Below are positions 19,279 through 29,317 of a stretch of 64,000 nucleotides of DNA, one piece after another. The notes under the pieces were generated by a model that was not told where the DNA came from, did no database searches, and saw nothing but the letters and a program-made list of their open reading frames with translations. The translations under genes were made by a program, and so were the position numbers. Each line of letters begins with the position of its first letter. The stretch's first letter is position 1. This stretch comes from a virus (Duplodnaviria; Heunggongvirae; Uroviricota; Caudoviricetes). The DNA is taken from IMG/VR virus record IMGVR_UViG_3300046542_000616, one strand, 5' to 3'.

Positions 19279-20400
19279 CTACAGCCCCAAAGCATCCTCA
19301 AGGTCATGCACCTTAGACCATTGCAGGCCTAAAGCCTTCTCGACGCGATACACGGCCTCTCGGAAGTCTTTCAGGGGCACTGGGATCGGTTTGTCCAAAA
19401 GCGCCTCCAGCCTGGCGACGTTAGCCATGATTTTATCCTCTTCGCTCCTGAACGTATTGAGCGAGCGCATGGCGTCCTTCTTGATGCCTTGAACGTAGGA
19501 ACGATCCGCACCCAATTGATCAAGGTTCCACTTGAGCTTGGTGATAATGCCTTTGCCGGCAATCACTTCAGCATGGGCCACGGGTTCGGCGAACTGAAGG
19601 ATATCCAGGCGCCATTTGCCAGCCGCATATTCATCATCCTTGAGGCACAGCGAAGCCTTGGCGATGGCCTGGTCAAGCGTCGGCGCACCCCCAATAAGGT
19701 AGCGAGCATTGAGTGACGTGAGCACGATGTCGATGCGGTATTGCTGGTGAAACCGATCCTCTCGAAGCCATTTCTGCATCACCTCACTGAAGTGGTACGC
19801 ATCACCGTTTTTGGCCTTGGTCTGGAATTCCTCCTGAACACATCCTGGCAAGGTGATGGCGGGGCCAGTGGTGCCCAACAGGTCTGGAAGATCAATGTCG
19901 TGATGATTTAAGAAGTATTTCAGGATGGATTCTTGCTGATCGGGGTCTGACTCATTGTATAGGGACGCCACCTTTGCCCACTGCACGCTTTTGGACATGT
20001 CAGCATGGAACATCAGGTAAGTCTGAAGCTGCCCGGCTGTATAGGGCCCGCAATCATCTTCCTCGTTCACGACATAACTCGGCGTTTTTCGGAAGGCCAG
20101 TGCCTCAAGGTCAGCCTTTGTCCTGATTTCAGTGTCGTAGATTGATGGCTTGAGCAGGGTGAAAAGGCTATTGAAAGTGAAGTCGCTCATCGCGAGGAGC
20201 GGCGCAATGTGATGATTGCGAACACTGGCGGGAAAATCGAAGTATTCACTGGCAACTTTATCGTACGAATCGACGTCAGGCGCCCTGGCCTCACCGGTAG
20301 CGTCGGTGAACCCAGCAAAGTCCCTGTGGAACATCACGTTGATGAACGGATAGTCGCTGAGGCTGGGCGGATTCAGGCGGGCAGGGCGCTTGGCGGTCAT
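19279..20400 (-). CDS. family A tailed protein A6
   Basis: PPSLSDYPFI ... ends WSKVHDLEDALGL*. Confidence 0.85.
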   Translation of the reverse strand: MTAKRPARLNPPSLSDYPFINVMFHRDFAGFTDATGEARAPDVDSYDKVASEYFDFPASVRNHHIAPLLAMSDFTFNSLFTLLKPSIYDTEIRTKADLEALAFRKTPSYVVNEEDDCGPYTAGQLQTYLMFHADMSKSVQWAKVASLYNESDPDQQESILKYFLNHHDIDLPDLLGTTGPAITLPGCVQEEFQTKAKNGDAYHFSEVMQKWLREDRFHQQYRIDIVLTSLNARYLIGGAPTLDQAIAKASLCLKDDEYAAGKWRLDILQFAEPVAHAEVIAGKGIITKLKWNLDQLGADRSYVQGIKKDAMRSLNTFRSEEDKIMANVARLEALLDKPIPVPLKDFREAVYRVEKALGLQWSKVHDLEDALGL

Positions 20401-20525
20401 TGAGTGTGTCCTTGTACTGGCATGTGTTCATTATCCAGACTGAGCCAGTGAGCGCACAAGAAAGCCAGCGAGCGCTTTTCCTTTTGAGGCCAAACAACCA
20501 CGGCCTTCAAGTCGTTGTTTTTAAA

Positions 20526-20568
20526 CGATTATAGTCAATTATAGACCGATTATAGAGCGACTATAGAC
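20526..20568. repeat. four tandem 10-11 bp repeats overlapping the A7 stop codon
   Basis: cgattatagtc / aattatagac / cgattatagag / cgactatagac. Confidence 0.65.
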
Positions 20569-21616
20569 CAAGGGCATCTTCAAGGAGCAGGCCTTTGTGC
20601 CATTTCACACCAATCGCCTCCTCGGCAATAGCGATGGATTTCTCAAGGCGATCCTTGGTAAAGCCGAGTTTGAGATGATCGGTATCCCAGCGCAGCCTGG
20701 CCGGCAAAGCATGGTAAAACCGGTTTTCTGGATTAACACCAGAGCCAACAATACTGGCCACGGCGAACTCAGTACCACGGTATTGGATACTGAAGTGTCG
20801 AATCGAGTCCTTGGCCTCGATGTTTGCCGTGTACCGGGTAGCCATAGCTATTGCCTCTTCCAGCGACATGGTGGTGGCGATTATGTACGAAGTCTTGCGG
20901 TCATTTCCTCGAAAGCCGACCACGTGGAAGTTGAAGATCATCAGCTGATCGGGAACGAAGCTGGCTGTGAGCTCGTTGTAGGTGCATGGAATACCGTCGA
21001 CGACTCTTGTCTCGAGCACAGGCAGCACGCCTTGTGGCAGGGCATCAGGGCCTGGCATAGTCATCAGATCTTCGAGCGACCGGTTCATGATCCGGCTGAA
21101 GAACTGGTAGATGGCTTCTTGCTGATCAGGTTCCGAAGAATTGTACAGATCGACGACCTCATGCCAATTGACGCAGATTTCCTGGGTCTTGTAGTACAAC
21201 AGGTAGGTCTGGATTTGCTCAGGACTGGCGTTATGAAAGTTATGAGGAAACTCTCTTTCATCATCGTCGAGGTCGGGATTTGCTATTGCATAGGCGAGAT
21301 CGTGCCTGGTCTTGATATTCCAACCTTGGATTTCGTAGCCAAATTTGCCGATCAGCCGCTCGAAGGTCTCATCACTCATGGCAGCAATGGGTGCCATGTG
21401 CTCCAGTTTTACCAATTGTGGCGCAGAAAAATGTTCCCTAGAGTACTTGTAGTCATCGAACGTCCACTTTGAGAGGTCATAAGGAACCAGTGGAATGACT
21501 TTGCTGCCAAATTCACGGGAGTCGTAGAGCATGAAATTGATGAACTGAAAGGCAGAGAGCGGCGGCTTGAACAGCTGGGCGGGCCGTGTCATGTCGAAAT
21601 CCTTGGAATGAAGCAT
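20561..21616 (-). CDS. family A tailed protein A7
   Basis: Ends WHKGLLLEDALGL*. Confidence 0.85.
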   Translation of the reverse strand: MLHSKDFDMTRPAQLFKPPLSAFQFINFMLYDSREFGSKVIPLVPYDLSKWTFDDYKYSREHFSAPQLVKLEHMAPIAAMSDETFERLIGKFGYEIQGWNIKTRHDLAYAIANPDLDDDEREFPHNFHNASPEQIQTYLLYYKTQEICVNWHEVVDLYNSSEPDQQEAIYQFFSRIMNRSLEDLMTMPGPDALPQGVLPVLETRVVDGIPCTYNELTASFVPDQLMIFNFHVVGFRGNDRKTSYIIATTMSLEEAIAMATRYTANIEAKDSIRHFSIQYRGTEFAVASIVGSGVNPENRFYHALPARLRWDTDHLKLGFTKDRLEKSIAIAEEAIGVKWHKGLLLEDALGL

Positions 21617-21747
21617 GGTTCATTATCCGCCTGGAGGCGAAGTGGCGACAACGCTTCAATGCAGCGCCGTCTCGCTTCGGCGCCTTGAGCCTTTGCACCC
21701 GCCTGCTCAACGACCAGTTAGGTATTGATGCAGGCGGGATATTGGGA

Positions 21748-22272
21748 TCAGTAGGCCAGGATCACGTCATTCAGGAATCGAACCAGATCACTACCGAGTT
21801 GCCGCTGCAAAATCTCTCGGGTTTTGGGGGTGTCCGGAGCCTTGTACGATGCAAAGCAGGGCTCTGTGCGCTTCTCAACAAAGGTATTGGTTTTTGCTTT
21901 GCGCTTGAGGGACTTCAGCTCGGCAGCCTCATCACCCAGTTGGCCAGCCGCGAACTCAAACCATGACTCAACCGTCTCGGGCTCGTCGAGCACGCTCTCT
22001 CCATAGTTCAGCGTCAGCGTATAGCCAGCAGACTTGAGGGCATCCACGACCTGTTGTTGCTGGTCAACGCCAAACTCGACCCGAGTCATTCCGCCGTCGC
22101 CCATATTGCTGACCATGCCCAGCTTCTTGCCCTGGAAGTAAACCGTACACGACCATGCAATCCCACGATGTGTTTCGGTCTGGCTGAACGATTTAATCTG
22201 AACGCTGGCGTTTTTGGCGGCATCAAGATTGTCGAATGGCTTCACGGGCAGTCCCTCATGGTTTCGCTTCAA
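21748..22272 (-). CDS. hypothetical protein (174 aa), no tail
   Basis: ORF track. Confidence 0.7.
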   Translation of the reverse strand: MKRNHEGLPVKPFDNLDAAKNASVQIKSFSQTETHRGIAWSCTVYFQGKKLGMVSNMGDGGMTRVEFGVDQQQQVVDALKSAGYTLTLNYGESVLDEPETVESWFEFAAGQLGDEAAELKSLKRKAKTNTFVEKRTEPCFASYKAPDTPKTREILQRQLGSDLVRFLNDVILAY

Positions 22273-22323
22273 TGAGGGGTAATTCTATACTTTGCTATGG
22301 AATTAAACAAGGCTTTTCCATAC

Positions 22324-22572
22324 TTATGTATAGAATTTCAGGGCCTTCAGAATGAACGCATGCTTGTCCTGAATGCCTTTGAGCCGGTTGTAGAACTGGC
22401 TTGTGGTCACGCCATGCTTCTCGGTTGCTTCCTTGGCCGTAAGGCCACGGACAAGGTGGTCGCGCAGGGCGGGAATGACCTTTTTCCCGCTGAATTTAGT
22501 GTCGCTCAGTAAAAGCTCAAAATGTTCTTCGTCGACTTTCCCTGGCATTAAGGTCTGGGCATCAACAGCCAT
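22324..22572 (-). CDS. PapB/FocB-family transcriptional regulator
   Basis: LMPGKVDEEHFELLL...VIPALRDHLVRG...KEATEKHGV...F...L...KFY parallels PapB (LLPG...EEQF.LL...VI.AMKDYLV.G..RKDVCEKY). Confidence 0.7.
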   Translation of the reverse strand: MAVDAQTLMPGKVDEEHFELLLSDTKFSGKKVIPALRDHLVRGLTAKEATEKHGVTTSQFYNRLKGIQDKHAFILKALKFYT

Positions 22573-22645
22573 CTGAAAAACTCCGCAAATGAATTAATAT
22601 TCCACAGTTTACTATGGAATTTACCAGGACAGCCACCGGTATTTC

Positions 22646-23665
22646 TTACAGTCCCAACTCATCTTCAAGCTTCTGCACCTTGTACCACTGCAGGCCCAGC
22701 TCTTTCTCTACCTCCAAAAGAGCTTCAGTAAACGCATCTTTAATCAGACCGCTATGCAGGGAGATCCTTTGACTTTTTAGGCAGAATTCGCCAACGCTAT
22801 TGATGCTCCAAAGCAACTTCATCGCAGATTGATGGCCTTGGATGTCGACGATCTTGGCAAAGGCCAGGCGCTGCCCGTTAACGGACATACGGATGGCGAT
22901 ATGGTCTCCATTAGGGCTGACGGTCTGAGCAAAGAGGGAGGCTTTCGCAATGGCGATGGCCAGGGTAGGGGCGCTACCGACCAGGCCGATACTGCCTTCC
23001 GCAAGAACACTTTTGATCACAAATTCCTGATGAAACAGATCATCCCGCACCCATGTCTGCTTTATGTCACTGAAGCAATAACTCTGGCCATTCTCGACTC
23101 TGCTGAGGAATTTCCTCTGGAGTCTGTCAGGGATCGTGAAGCTGGGCGCTTGGATACTCAGCAGATCGACCAGGGAGCGATTCTTGAAATGCGTGAAGTA
23201 ATCGCTGATGGATTGCTGTTGGCCAGGGGAGGCCGCGTTGTAGAGATCGGCGACCTGACCCCAATGAATGTTTTCGCCCACTATGAGGCTGTACAGCAAA
23301 AAGGTTTCAAGCTGATCGGGCCGAAATTTCTCATCGATGTAGAGGTCGCAATCCCTGGCGGCCAATTTAGATAAATCAGACTTGGAGCTGATGGTACTGA
23401 AGTTGTGGTAGCTCAGCTTCAGAATGCTGAAAAGACCTATGAAGGTGCTGTCATGCATCCCGGCCAGCGTTCCTGATTGAGCGATCTTGATTTTTCCGGG
23501 TGATGCGAAGAACTCCGACTCGAAATCGGCATCATCCGTTTCGCTTGGCCACGCACCATCCTTGATGTGCTCAATGGCAATGTCGTCAGCCAGAAACTTG
23601 GCTGTGATGAACGGATAGGCGTCCAGGCTTGGTGGTGTGATGTAGGTTGGCAGCTTGCGACTCAT
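22646..23665 (-). CDS. family A tailed protein A8
   Basis: PPSLDAYPFI ... ends WYKVQKLEDELGL*. Confidence 0.85.
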   Translation of the reverse strand: MSRKLPTYITPPSLDAYPFITAKFLADDIAIEHIKDGAWPSETDDADFESEFFASPGKIKIAQSGTLAGMHDSTFIGLFSILKLSYHNFSTISSKSDLSKLAARDCDLYIDEKFRPDQLETFLLYSLIVGENIHWGQVADLYNAASPGQQQSISDYFTHFKNRSLVDLLSIQAPSFTIPDRLQRKFLSRVENGQSYCFSDIKQTWVRDDLFHQEFVIKSVLAEGSIGLVGSAPTLAIAIAKASLFAQTVSPNGDHIAIRMSVNGQRLAFAKIVDIQGHQSAMKLLWSINSVGEFCLKSQRISLHSGLIKDAFTEALLEVEKELGLQWYKVQKLEDELGL

Positions 23666-23722
23666 TATGGGCCCGTCTGGTAATCACAATATGGTTTAAA
23701 TTGACGCCGCAAGGGCCAGGCA

Positions 23723-24778
23723 CTACATGCCGAGTTCGTCTTCGAGCCTTTGCACCTTGCTCCACTGCAGGCCTAATGCTTTCTCAGTGGCATACAACGT
23801 CTTGATGAATTCAGCCTTGGTGATCCGTGGGGGCAAGGTCGGATCCTTCTGGATCTCTTCATCCCAGACATCATCCTCAAGGTTCCAGCGTATTTTGACT
23901 GGCTTCTTCATTGCGCTAAGAAATGACTGGGGGGTTCTTCCAATCTCTCTTTTGAACGCACCATCGGCAACATATTGGCCATCGAGCAGCACAGAGTACT
24001 CGCTGATGTTAAAGGATTGAGGGTTAATATTTTTGGTGAAGACCGACAGCTTGGCGATAGCCTGGGCCAACGTTGGAGCCGTAGCCAGCAGAAAAATCTG
24101 GTTTCTGCCGCCGTTAAACCCCTCAACCCGGTAACGGTTGAGCAACAGATCTTCGCGTAGCCATTTCTGGCGAGACTCGCTGAACAGCAGGCACTGACCC
24201 TGTTCAACCTTGCTCTCGAACTCATGGTGAAGGCTGGCAGGCAGCTCAAACACGGGCGCAGGGACTTTCATCAGGTCTTCCAGGCAGCGGTTGCGCACCC
24301 TGAGAAAGTAATTGGAGATGGCTTCTTGCTGGTCAGCAGTCGACTCGTTGTACAGATTGACCAGAGTACCCCAGTGGACATTGCTGGTGAGCGTCGATTC
24401 GAAAAGCACGGCAGTCTGTCGCATGGCCGCCTGGTGGCCGGCGCTATCGTCAGATGGCATTGTACCCGCCAACATGGCAAGTTCTTCCTTCGTTCTGTAG
24501 GCATGGCCCGAATGATGGATGGGCTCCAAAATGGCGCACAGCCATTCGAAGGTGTGATCCGTCATGGCCATTAAGGGCTCGGTTCGAGAGGGTGCCATAG
24601 AGGCATTCCCAAGGTGGTCAAAGAAGACGTTGGCAAACGACTTGTCCGAGTAAGCCTGCTCAAAGTCCTTCTCGTTGTATTTGTGCTTGATGTGGATATC
24701 CAGGCGATGAAACAGGATGTCGATGAAGGGATAGGCCTCAAGCGACGGCTGCGCCAGGTAATTTCTGGTCGTGCTCAT
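23723..24778 (-). CDS. family A tailed protein A9
   Basis: Ends WSKVQRLEDELGM*. Confidence 0.85.
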   Translation of the reverse strand: MSTTRNYLAQPSLEAYPFIDILFHRLDIHIKHKYNEKDFEQAYSDKSFANVFFDHLGNASMAPSRTEPLMAMTDHTFEWLCAILEPIHHSGHAYRTKEELAMLAGTMPSDDSAGHQAAMRQTAVLFESTLTSNVHWGTLVNLYNESTADQQEAISNYFLRVRNRCLEDLMKVPAPVFELPASLHHEFESKVEQGQCLLFSESRQKWLREDLLLNRYRVEGFNGGRNQIFLLATAPTLAQAIAKLSVFTKNINPQSFNISEYSVLLDGQYVADGAFKREIGRTPQSFLSAMKKPVKIRWNLEDDVWDEEIQKDPTLPPRITKAEFIKTLYATEKALGLQWSKVQRLEDELGM

Positions 24779-25923
24779 AGTCCAAGCGCATCCTCAAGCA
24801 ACTGAGCCTTGATCCACTGAACGCCGAGTGCACGCTCAGCTGACAATACTGCTTTGGTGAAGCTCTCTGGCGTGTCACTGGCGCAGGCATGGATGAGCCT
24901 ACACATTTCGCGATGTTCTTGCTCAAGGCCATCACGAAGCTTTGGGTTGCAGTTCTCGATTAGCGAAACCAGGTTGTCGCGAACGGCTTTGTAGTGACCC
25001 GTGCTGACGCCTACCTTTGGAAGATCCCATACCAGTTTGACATTTTCGTCGCACAGCGGCTGGATCTGTGTGCCTCCAGATATCGCCTTTAAGTCAGCGT
25101 TGGCGATATCGCCGTTATCGGTTCGAATAGTAATTCTGTCGCCAGGCCGTTTGCCGGTGGAGTTCTGAGCATAAAGTGTTGCGAATGCAATGGCCTGAAC
25201 AGCAGTCGGAGCAGTCGCGATCAGAAGGTCTGGGTTGGCACTTCCTCTGAAGTTGATCACCACGCGGTAGAGTTGCTGGAGCTTGGCCTCGTTCATCCAT
25301 TGCTGTTCGACCTCGCTGTACAAGAAGGTCTCGCCATTTTCAATCTTGGTCTCAAAGGTCAAATTCAATGACTCTGGCAGCTTCAGGTCATGGGCCGGGG
25401 TTTCAAGAATCACATCCAGCTGACGGTTATAGTTCTTCAGAAAAAACTGGTGAATGGCCTCCTGCTGATCGGGAGCGGAGTTGTTGTACAGATCAACCAT
25501 CTGACCCCAGTGAACAGGCTCGGTAAGAACGGCCTTGTACACCTGATAGCTGACCATCTGCTCAAGGCTGGCGACATCGATCCTGCCGCCGTTGCTGTCG
25601 ACGTGGCTGTCGTAGGCCTGAAGCGCTACCTGATCCAGGGCAGCTTTGGTATCAATGATCTCATTCCATATTTTTGGTTTCAAAACATAGAGCAAGCGAT
25701 CCAAGGTGGCCTCGTTCATGGCCTGGAGCGGGGCCATTTGCTCAGCGCTTATATTCTCCAGTGGAAAATAGTTCTGGCTGTAAACGTTGTCGAGGTAGCA
25801 GCGGTTGCTCACATTGAAGGGGGCGTGGGCGATGCCAAGTAGCATGTTTTTGAACATCACGTCGATGAAGGGGTAGGCCTCCAGGCTCGGTGGAATAAGG
25901 CGTTCAGGTCTGCTGGAGGTCAT
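24775..25923 (-). CDS. family A tailed protein A10
   Basis: Ends WIKAQLLEDALGL*; stop overlaps the A9 start (ATGA). Confidence 0.85.
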   Translation of the reverse strand: MTSSRPERLIPPSLEAYPFIDVMFKNMLLGIAHAPFNVSNRCYLDNVYSQNYFPLENISAEQMAPLQAMNEATLDRLLYVLKPKIWNEIIDTKAALDQVALQAYDSHVDSNGGRIDVASLEQMVSYQVYKAVLTEPVHWGQMVDLYNNSAPDQQEAIHQFFLKNYNRQLDVILETPAHDLKLPESLNLTFETKIENGETFLYSEVEQQWMNEAKLQQLYRVVINFRGSANPDLLIATAPTAVQAIAFATLYAQNSTGKRPGDRITIRTDNGDIANADLKAISGGTQIQPLCDENVKLVWDLPKVGVSTGHYKAVRDNLVSLIENCNPKLRDGLEQEHREMCRLIHACASDTPESFTKAVLSAERALGVQWIKAQLLEDALGL

Positions 25924-26042
25924 AGGGTCGATCCTTGTGCGGTTATCCTAAGAGTATGAGGATTGAGCCTGGATCAAGGCAAGGTAGCCGCTGCGCCAGG
26001 CGCAGCAAAGGGGCGATCTATCTCGAAGCGCAAAGATCTCGG

Positions 26043-27146
26043 CTAGAGGCCAAGATCATCCTCGAGTTTCTGCACCTTGCTCCACTGCAGGCCGAGCAGC
26101 TTTTCGGTCTTGAACAGGGTGTCGATGAAATGCTTGTTGCTGATCTTGTCGGTGCCAGCGCCAGCGCCGTCTAGATCCCATATGAGCTTTGCCGGCTGCT
26201 CGATGTGCGGAAACGGCATTGACCACATCCTTTTGCTATCGACCTTCGCTATCGCCAGTACCTCGTTCATGTACCTGAGTTCGATCTCCCGAATGCAGTC
26301 ATTCGATTCGATGTTTTGAGTGTACAGGGTGGCGCTGGCCAGTGCTTCCTTGAGCGTTGAGGCGGTGGCAATGAGCAAGTAGCGCTGAACACTTGGTGTC
26401 TGAGAGAGGGGGGTGAAGGATTTACCGATGATAGTGAATTTTTCGTTCAGGTCAGCATCGCGAAACCAGTGCTGATCAATTGGACAAAGGCCATAGCGCT
26501 TGCCGTCCTGCTCGGTGACTTCGAGATCCTCGGTGATAGCAGCTGGCAGCTCCAGGCTCGGGCCAGGCACGGAGAGCAGCTGGTCAAGCGGGCGATTCAG
26601 GCAATGGGTGAAAAACTGGCTGACGGCCTGCTGCTGATCTTGGGGAAGGGCATTGTAGAACTCGGCCAGTTCGATCCAGTGAGGCCTCATGTCCTGCTTG
26701 GCGTGGAGCAGCATGAAGACTTGCAGCTGATCGAGCGTACAGTCTTGGGTGCTGTATTCGTCTTGAGGATCATCCCATTCCCTCAAGGCTGCATTGAGCA
26801 GATCGGCCTTGGTTGAGATCAGGTCTTCATAGACGATCACACCCAGGATTGAGAACAACGCGCTGGCTGTTTCATCAGACATTGCCTGGAAGGGGGCTAA
26901 CTGCTCAGGTTTGACCTGGTTAGCCTGGTCGAAATGCTTATCCCGAAACTCGATGTCACCAAAGGAAAAAGGGGTTTCGCCCTGAAGGTGAGCGATGCCC
27001 TTAAGGTAATGAAACCTCTCATCGAACACCAGGCTGATGAAATGAAAGGCCGCGAGGCTTGGGGGTTCGATACGGTCAGGCTGTGACATGGGCGCGATCC
27101 AGGTGGCGTTTCCTCGATTATTGGGCTTGAGCGCCAACCGGTGCAA
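26043..27146 (-). CDS. family A tailed protein A11 (likely start 27089)
   Basis: Ends WSKVQKLEDDLGL*. Confidence 0.85.
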   Translation of the reverse strand: MHRLALKPNNRGNATWIAPMSQPDRIEPPSLAAFHFISLVFDERFHYLKGIAHLQGETPFSFGDIEFRDKHFDQANQVKPEQLAPFQAMSDETASALFSILGVIVYEDLISTKADLLNAALREWDDPQDEYSTQDCTLDQLQVFMLLHAKQDMRPHWIELAEFYNALPQDQQQAVSQFFTHCLNRPLDQLLSVPGPSLELPAAITEDLEVTEQDGKRYGLCPIDQHWFRDADLNEKFTIIGKSFTPLSQTPSVQRYLLIATASTLKEALASATLYTQNIESNDCIREIELRYMNEVLAIAKVDSKRMWSMPFPHIEQPAKLIWDLDGAGAGTDKISNKHFIDTLFKTEKLLGLQWSKVQKLEDDLGL

Positions 27147-27154
27147 CGCTGACT

Positions 27155-28183
27155 CTACATGCCCAGGTCATCTTCGAGGTGCCGTCCCTTGGAGCTCGTC
27201 AGGCCAAGGGCCTTCTCTGCTCGATAGAGCGAGGCTTCAAATTCTCGGATCGTCATGCGGTGCGGGGACGGGTCGTTGGTCTTGATCAGCGCCCGACTCC
27301 AAATGACGTCGGTCACGAAGGGTGTGTGGTGATTTAAGGGCTGACCAAAGCGCATTGGCATTGGACTGTATTCAATTTTGCCTTCAACCAGCGGCCTGCC
27401 GTCCAGCAAGAGAGTGATCTTCGATATGAACGGGTAGTTCCGGCGCCGCTCGATGTTGAAGTATTCAGTCGGGAAGGGGAAGCGCGCACTGGGAAGGCTC
27501 AGGTACGACCAGGCCTTGGCAATGGCGACCTCTGGGGTGCCGGCACTGCCAACGAAATGGATGATCTTATTCCTTTCTCGCTGAACGATGATCGTGAACT
27601 GGCGGCAGAAGTGCTTTTCGTGCACAGGTGCCTGGGCCAGCCTGCAGTTGACCAGCCGCTTGCCATCGACAAGCAAAGCCTCTTCTTTTGACAGCAAATC
27701 ATCCGGCACGGACAGCTTGGGGCCCTGGGTTTCCATCAGCTTGCGCAGGTTGATGTCCAGGCAGTACTTGAAGAATCCCTTAACGAACTTGCGTGATTCG
27801 GCGGTCATGCCGTTGTACAGATCGGCCAGGGCCCGCCAGTCGACGTCATTGGAGCGATAAGCCTTCATCAAATCGTACGAGCGCAATTGGTCTTTGGTAT
27901 GGGCCGGCGCGTCACCGACCTCGTCCGCCAGCAGATCAAGGTGTTCGGGCGTGGTGATCTCGATGCCGAGATGAAAGGGCCTCAGGATCCCGAAGAGGGG
28001 AATGAACACCTCTCGCGGCAATCGGGCGCCATACATCTGCTGGGCATGGGTGACTTTGGACGGACACAGGCTCTTGCGGGCGGCATCGGATCCGCCAGGC
28101 CCTGAAAACACCGCGTATTTACGGTCGATGTGGCAGTAGTCGTCGAGTTCAGGCGTTCGGATAAAGCCAGCCGGCAAAGTCAT
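27155..28183 (-). CDS. family A tailed protein A12 (divergent)
   Basis: VDWRALADLYN, GSAGTPEVAIAKA; ends SSKGRHLEDDLGM*. Confidence 0.8.
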   Translation of the reverse strand: MTLPAGFIRTPELDDYCHIDRKYAVFSGPGGSDAARKSLCPSKVTHAQQMYGARLPREVFIPLFGILRPFHLGIEITTPEHLDLLADEVGDAPAHTKDQLRSYDLMKAYRSNDVDWRALADLYNGMTAESRKFVKGFFKYCLDINLRKLMETQGPKLSVPDDLLSKEEALLVDGKRLVNCRLAQAPVHEKHFCRQFTIIVQRERNKIIHFVGSAGTPEVAIAKAWSYLSLPSARFPFPTEYFNIERRRNYPFISKITLLLDGRPLVEGKIEYSPMPMRFGQPLNHHTPFVTDVIWSRALIKTNDPSPHRMTIREFEASLYRAEKALGLTSSKGRHLEDDLGM

Positions 28184-28229
28184 GAGCAGTCCTTTAAGCA
28201 GATATTGTCGTTAAGCGCCCAGGGACGCC

Positions 28230-29291
28230 TCAGAGGCCCAGGGCATCCTCAAGGTTGTGAACCTTCGACCATTGAACGCCGAACAGCTTCTCGGTGGCGT
28301 AGAGCGCCTTGCGAAAGTCTTTTTCAGCGAAAGGGGCCTTGCACGATCCCCATTGAAGCTGGCAGTCCAAGGCGTTGGTCGAATCAGGCAGTTTTAGGAG
28401 GCGGCGGCTCAATCGTGCCCCAGCTACCTGCGAAAGCTGGGCGCCATCATGGAAGTGAATGTACACCGAGTGAGGGTTTCGTTTTAGCGTGTCCTCATCC
28501 ATGAACCTAGGTCTACCGGATGAATCGAGGAGAGGGCCGTTTTTACCAAGGGTGAACGTGGTCGCTTTGGCGATGGCCTGCTCAAGCGTACCGGCGTAGG
28601 CGATAGCCTCAGGCTGCATGGTGAAACTCTGAAACAAGCTGAGCATGAACTGCTTATGAAACAGATCATCGCGCAACCAATCTTTGGCGATTTCGCAATA
28701 CACGAAGGTTTCGCCGTCGACTTCTTTCGTCTGTGTCGCCAGCAATGCATCAGGCAGGCTGTGCGGGGAAAGTCCGGTATTCACCAGGTCGTTTAGATCG
28801 ATAGGCCTGATGCCATGGAGAAGGCTGGAGATCGCTTTCTTCTCCGGATAGGTGGCGGCGTTGTACAGCCTGGAAAACTTTCGCCAATCGATGTTTTGTT
28901 CACACCCTCCAGCGATCAGCAAGAAGACCTTGAGCTGAGAATCAGTGAAGTTATCGTGATCAGGATCAATCACAAAATACTCGCGAAAGTCATCCCTGGA
29001 CTCGATGGTGAAGGCATCCAAATCTCCGGATGTCCGAATGATCCTCCCATCGAACTTTGGCTGAAGAATGGCCATCAGGGATTCAAGAGATTCTTGACTC
29101 CACGATTTAAGGACTTTTACCAGAGAATCCGGTATCTCAGACGGCGACGTCAGGATGCGTTGTGTCGAATGGAAAGCCTCATTGATAAAGGGCAGCTGAT
29201 CGGCATCGGGGACGCTGACTGATGCAGGGGTGTGCATGGCAACTTGATCCTTGTTTTTCCGATTATGGTCAATGAGCGTACAGCAGCACAA
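28230..29291 (-). CDS. family A tailed protein A13 (likely start 29237)
   Basis: Ends WSKVHNLEDALGL*. Confidence 0.85.
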   Translation of the reverse strand: MCCCTLIDHNRKNKDQVAMHTPASVSVPDADQLPFINEAFHSTQRILTSPSEIPDSLVKVLKSWSQESLESLMAILQPKFDGRIIRTSGDLDAFTIESRDDFREYFVIDPDHDNFTDSQLKVFLLIAGGCEQNIDWRKFSRLYNAATYPEKKAISSLLHGIRPIDLNDLVNTGLSPHSLPDALLATQTKEVDGETFVYCEIAKDWLRDDLFHKQFMLSLFQSFTMQPEAIAYAGTLEQAIAKATTFTLGKNGPLLDSSGRPRFMDEDTLKRNPHSVYIHFHDGAQLSQVAGARLSRRLLKLPDSTNALDCQLQWGSCKAPFAEKDFRKALYATEKLFGVQWSKVHNLEDALGL

Positions 29292-29317
29292 ATGCGCAGG
29301 CAGGGGCCAGCAGGTCG

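Noticed and set aside
20597-21472. 291-aa plus-strand ORF and similar antisense ORFs (1085-1834, 29627-30274, 44726-45424, 45836-46759, 59414-60157)
   Set aside because: Each lies fully opposite a well-supported gene and lacks recognisable features.
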